Shown: in pieces, positions 62,830 to 64,000 of the stretch
Position numbering within the stretch: the first letter of the stretch is position 1
Layout: every line of letters starts with the position of its first letter
DNA from: a virus
UHGV virus genome: UHGV-1368191
Strand: one strand, 5' to 3'
DNA length: 64,000 nt
The notes under the pieces: model-generated
What the model was told of the DNA's origin: nothing
Database searches by the model: none
The model's input: only the letters and a program-made list of their open reading frames with translations
Translations under genes and position numbers: made by a program

Positions 62830-64000
62830 TTAACCCTGCAATATAGCAGGTATTAATGAAAGTGTTCTTGTTGGGTCTAACACACATACACCAAGTGTTG
62901 CCATTTTATGAACTGTAGCTGAGTCTTCATCGTAACTCATATGTGGGTTACCCATCTGCCCTGTAAACGGATTTCTTAAGCCCCACTGATAACTACGTAA
63001 TTCATTCTCTCCCTTGATTCTACACTTGAATATATTAGGCTGATCCATAGTGCCTATATACCAAATATCATATCTATAGGAGAATGCTGGACCTCCATTA
63101 GGATGGAGTATCTTATTTCTTACTGGATCATCATAAAATGGATCGACATCCAGTTTTACAGTTACTCCATTAGGAGCCTTAAATTGAACAAATTGGAATC
63201 CAGCACTAAGAGCATTATCATGTAATTGTGATTGGGTTTTATCTACTACATGCAGATAGTCATTATTCATCACAAAAGTGGTCCATCCACTAATAGTCTG
63301 CAATACCGCTTTATGGAATTGCATAGCTCCTCTTTCACCAGTCTTAATTACAAATACCCTATCATTCATGTCAAGCTTAGATGCTGACAGCTCATAAAGG
63401 GCATCCTCAAGAAGCTTAAGAGAGAACTTATTATAGTACATAGTATTAGCAACTTCGGTTTGTTCAAATATTCCTGCACCTGTCTTTATCACATTGCCAC
63501 TCTTACCGAAGTTCATGTATTCTCCATTACTATTCCTGTTGGAAGTACCAAATGCCTCTACATTATTCTTATACTCAGAGAATTGAAGCTCCAACTCCCA
63601 GTCCACATAATGCATCCACATATTAGCGGTATCCTTAACTTGCTTACCAGTCTCATCCCTTCTTACCATGGGAATACCGAAAGCAAGCTTTCTACCAAGT
63701 TTATTACCCCATACTTTGTGGTGAATCCTAATAGTAGACCACTCATTTCTCATGGAAACAGGGGTACTAAATCTAATGTCACCTACCTTACGAGAGCCTT
63801 CACGCTCTACAGGGGCAAATTCAATAGAGAATCTTTCACCAGCAAGAAGTCTTTCAGATGGAATACCCTGAGTTAAACCACCCATAGTTTCACACTTATA
63901 ACAAGCATTGGAACCTTCCATTCTAGCATTCTCAGTAATTCTAATAGGGTAAACCTGATTAAGGTTACCAACTATTACTTCTCCATAGGCAAACCAATCC
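62830..64000 (-). CDS. major capsid protein candidate, 5' truncated by window end
   Basis: The minus-strand frame stays open from the annotated ATG (63921) to the window edge (...DWFAYGEVIVGNLNQVYPIRITENARMEGS...). A strong terminator lies downstream. Capsid identity is inferred from position and expression signals only. Confidence 0.3.
   Translation of the reverse strand, partial: DWFAYGEVIVGNLNQVYPIRITENARMEGSNACYKCETMGGLTQGIPSERLLAGERFSIEFAPVEREGSRKVGDIRFSTPVSMRNEWSTIRIHHKVWGNKLGRKLAFGIPMVRRDETGKQVKDTANMWMHYVDWELELQFSEYKNNVEAFGTSNRNSNGEYMNFGKSGNVIKTGAGIFEQTEVANTMYYNKFSLKLLEDALYELSASKLDMNDRVFVIKTGERGAMQFHKAVLQTISGWTTFVMNNDYLHVVDKTQSQLHDNALSAGFQFVQFKAPNGVTVKLDVDPFYDDPVRNKILHPNGGPAFSYRYDIWYIGTMDQPNIFKCRIKGENELRSYQWGLRNPFTGQMGNPHMSYDEDSATVHKMATLGVCVLDPTRTLSLIPAILQG

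Noticed and set aside
63460-63876. 138-aa plus-strand ORF
   Set aside because: It lies inside the putative capsid gene on the opposite strand. No independent support.
1-64000. Stop-codon recoding (TAG or TGA reassignment) typical of some crAss-like lineages
   Set aside because: All giant and structural ORFs are continuous in the standard code on both arms. No clusters of in-frame TAG/TGA interrupt otherwise conserved domains.
1-64000. CRISPR arrays, rRNA and tRNA genes
   Set aside because: No regularly spaced direct repeats and no rRNA-like segments. I could not recognise a cloverleaf with a GTTCRANYC T-loop in any intergenic gap (22971-23558, 25867-25959, 51073-51163 or 58086-58170). A tRNAscan or ARAGORN run would be needed to be certain.

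Overview
This looks like a 64-kb piece of a crAss-like podovirus genome, the kind that infects Bacteroidales. The support is the AT-rich composition, several giant ORFs, and a giant protein carrying the DFDVD catalytic aspartate motif typical of the virion-packaged RNA polymerase of crAss-like phages. Two gene arms converge at about 39.1 kb on a bidirectional hairpin terminator.

The plus-strand arm (1-39073) is a replication and nucleotide-metabolism module. It holds a DnaB-like helicase (5' truncated by the window), a P-loop ATPase, a DnaG/TOPRIM primase, a family-1 uracil-DNA glycosylase-like protein, a composite endonuclease (T7 endonuclease I-like, NUMOD4 and HNH domains), a RecB-family PD-(D/E)xK nuclease, a ribonucleotide reductase interrupted by an HNH intein, a dUTPase, a family-A DNA polymerase, and a ThyX thymidylate synthase interrupted by a LAGLIDADG intein. 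It also holds many small hypothetical genes. The arm ends with the giant RNAP gene (about 3040 aa) and a 1319-aa giant protein.

The minus-strand arm (64000 down to 39127) is a structural and ejection module. It starts with a putative capsid gene truncated by the window end, followed by a pair of tandem paralogs, several mid-size virion genes and a possible IHF/HU-like protein. It continues with a 1620-aa tail protein, a 905-aa glycine-zipper protein and a 592-aa protein. It ends with a 2484-aa multi-domain giant protein carrying HExxH zincin-like, GNAT-like and PD-(D/E)xK-like motifs. Intrinsic terminators and Bacteroidetes-type TAnnTTTG promoter motifs punctuate this arm.

The observations most worth a second look are these:
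- The N-terminal roughly 800 aa of the RNAP ORF carry a NADAR (YbiA-like) domain and a SLOG GGQTGVD motif, and possibly a degenerate DUF4326-like segment. This looks like a nucleotide or ADP-ribose-processing cargo module fused to an ejected protein.
- A translationally coupled cluster encodes a JAB/MPN metalloprotease next to an E1-like (ThiF/MoeB) adenylyltransferase.
- A 44-bp duplication of the thyX 3' end flanks a roughly 600-bp island of small ORFs.
- A membrane-anchored retropepsin-like protease and a HicA-like domain protein sit in the replication arm.

I found no CRISPR array, no rRNA and no convincing tRNA. All large ORFs are intact in the standard code, so there is no evidence of stop-codon recoding. 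All functional calls rest on motif recognition by eye; no database search was run.
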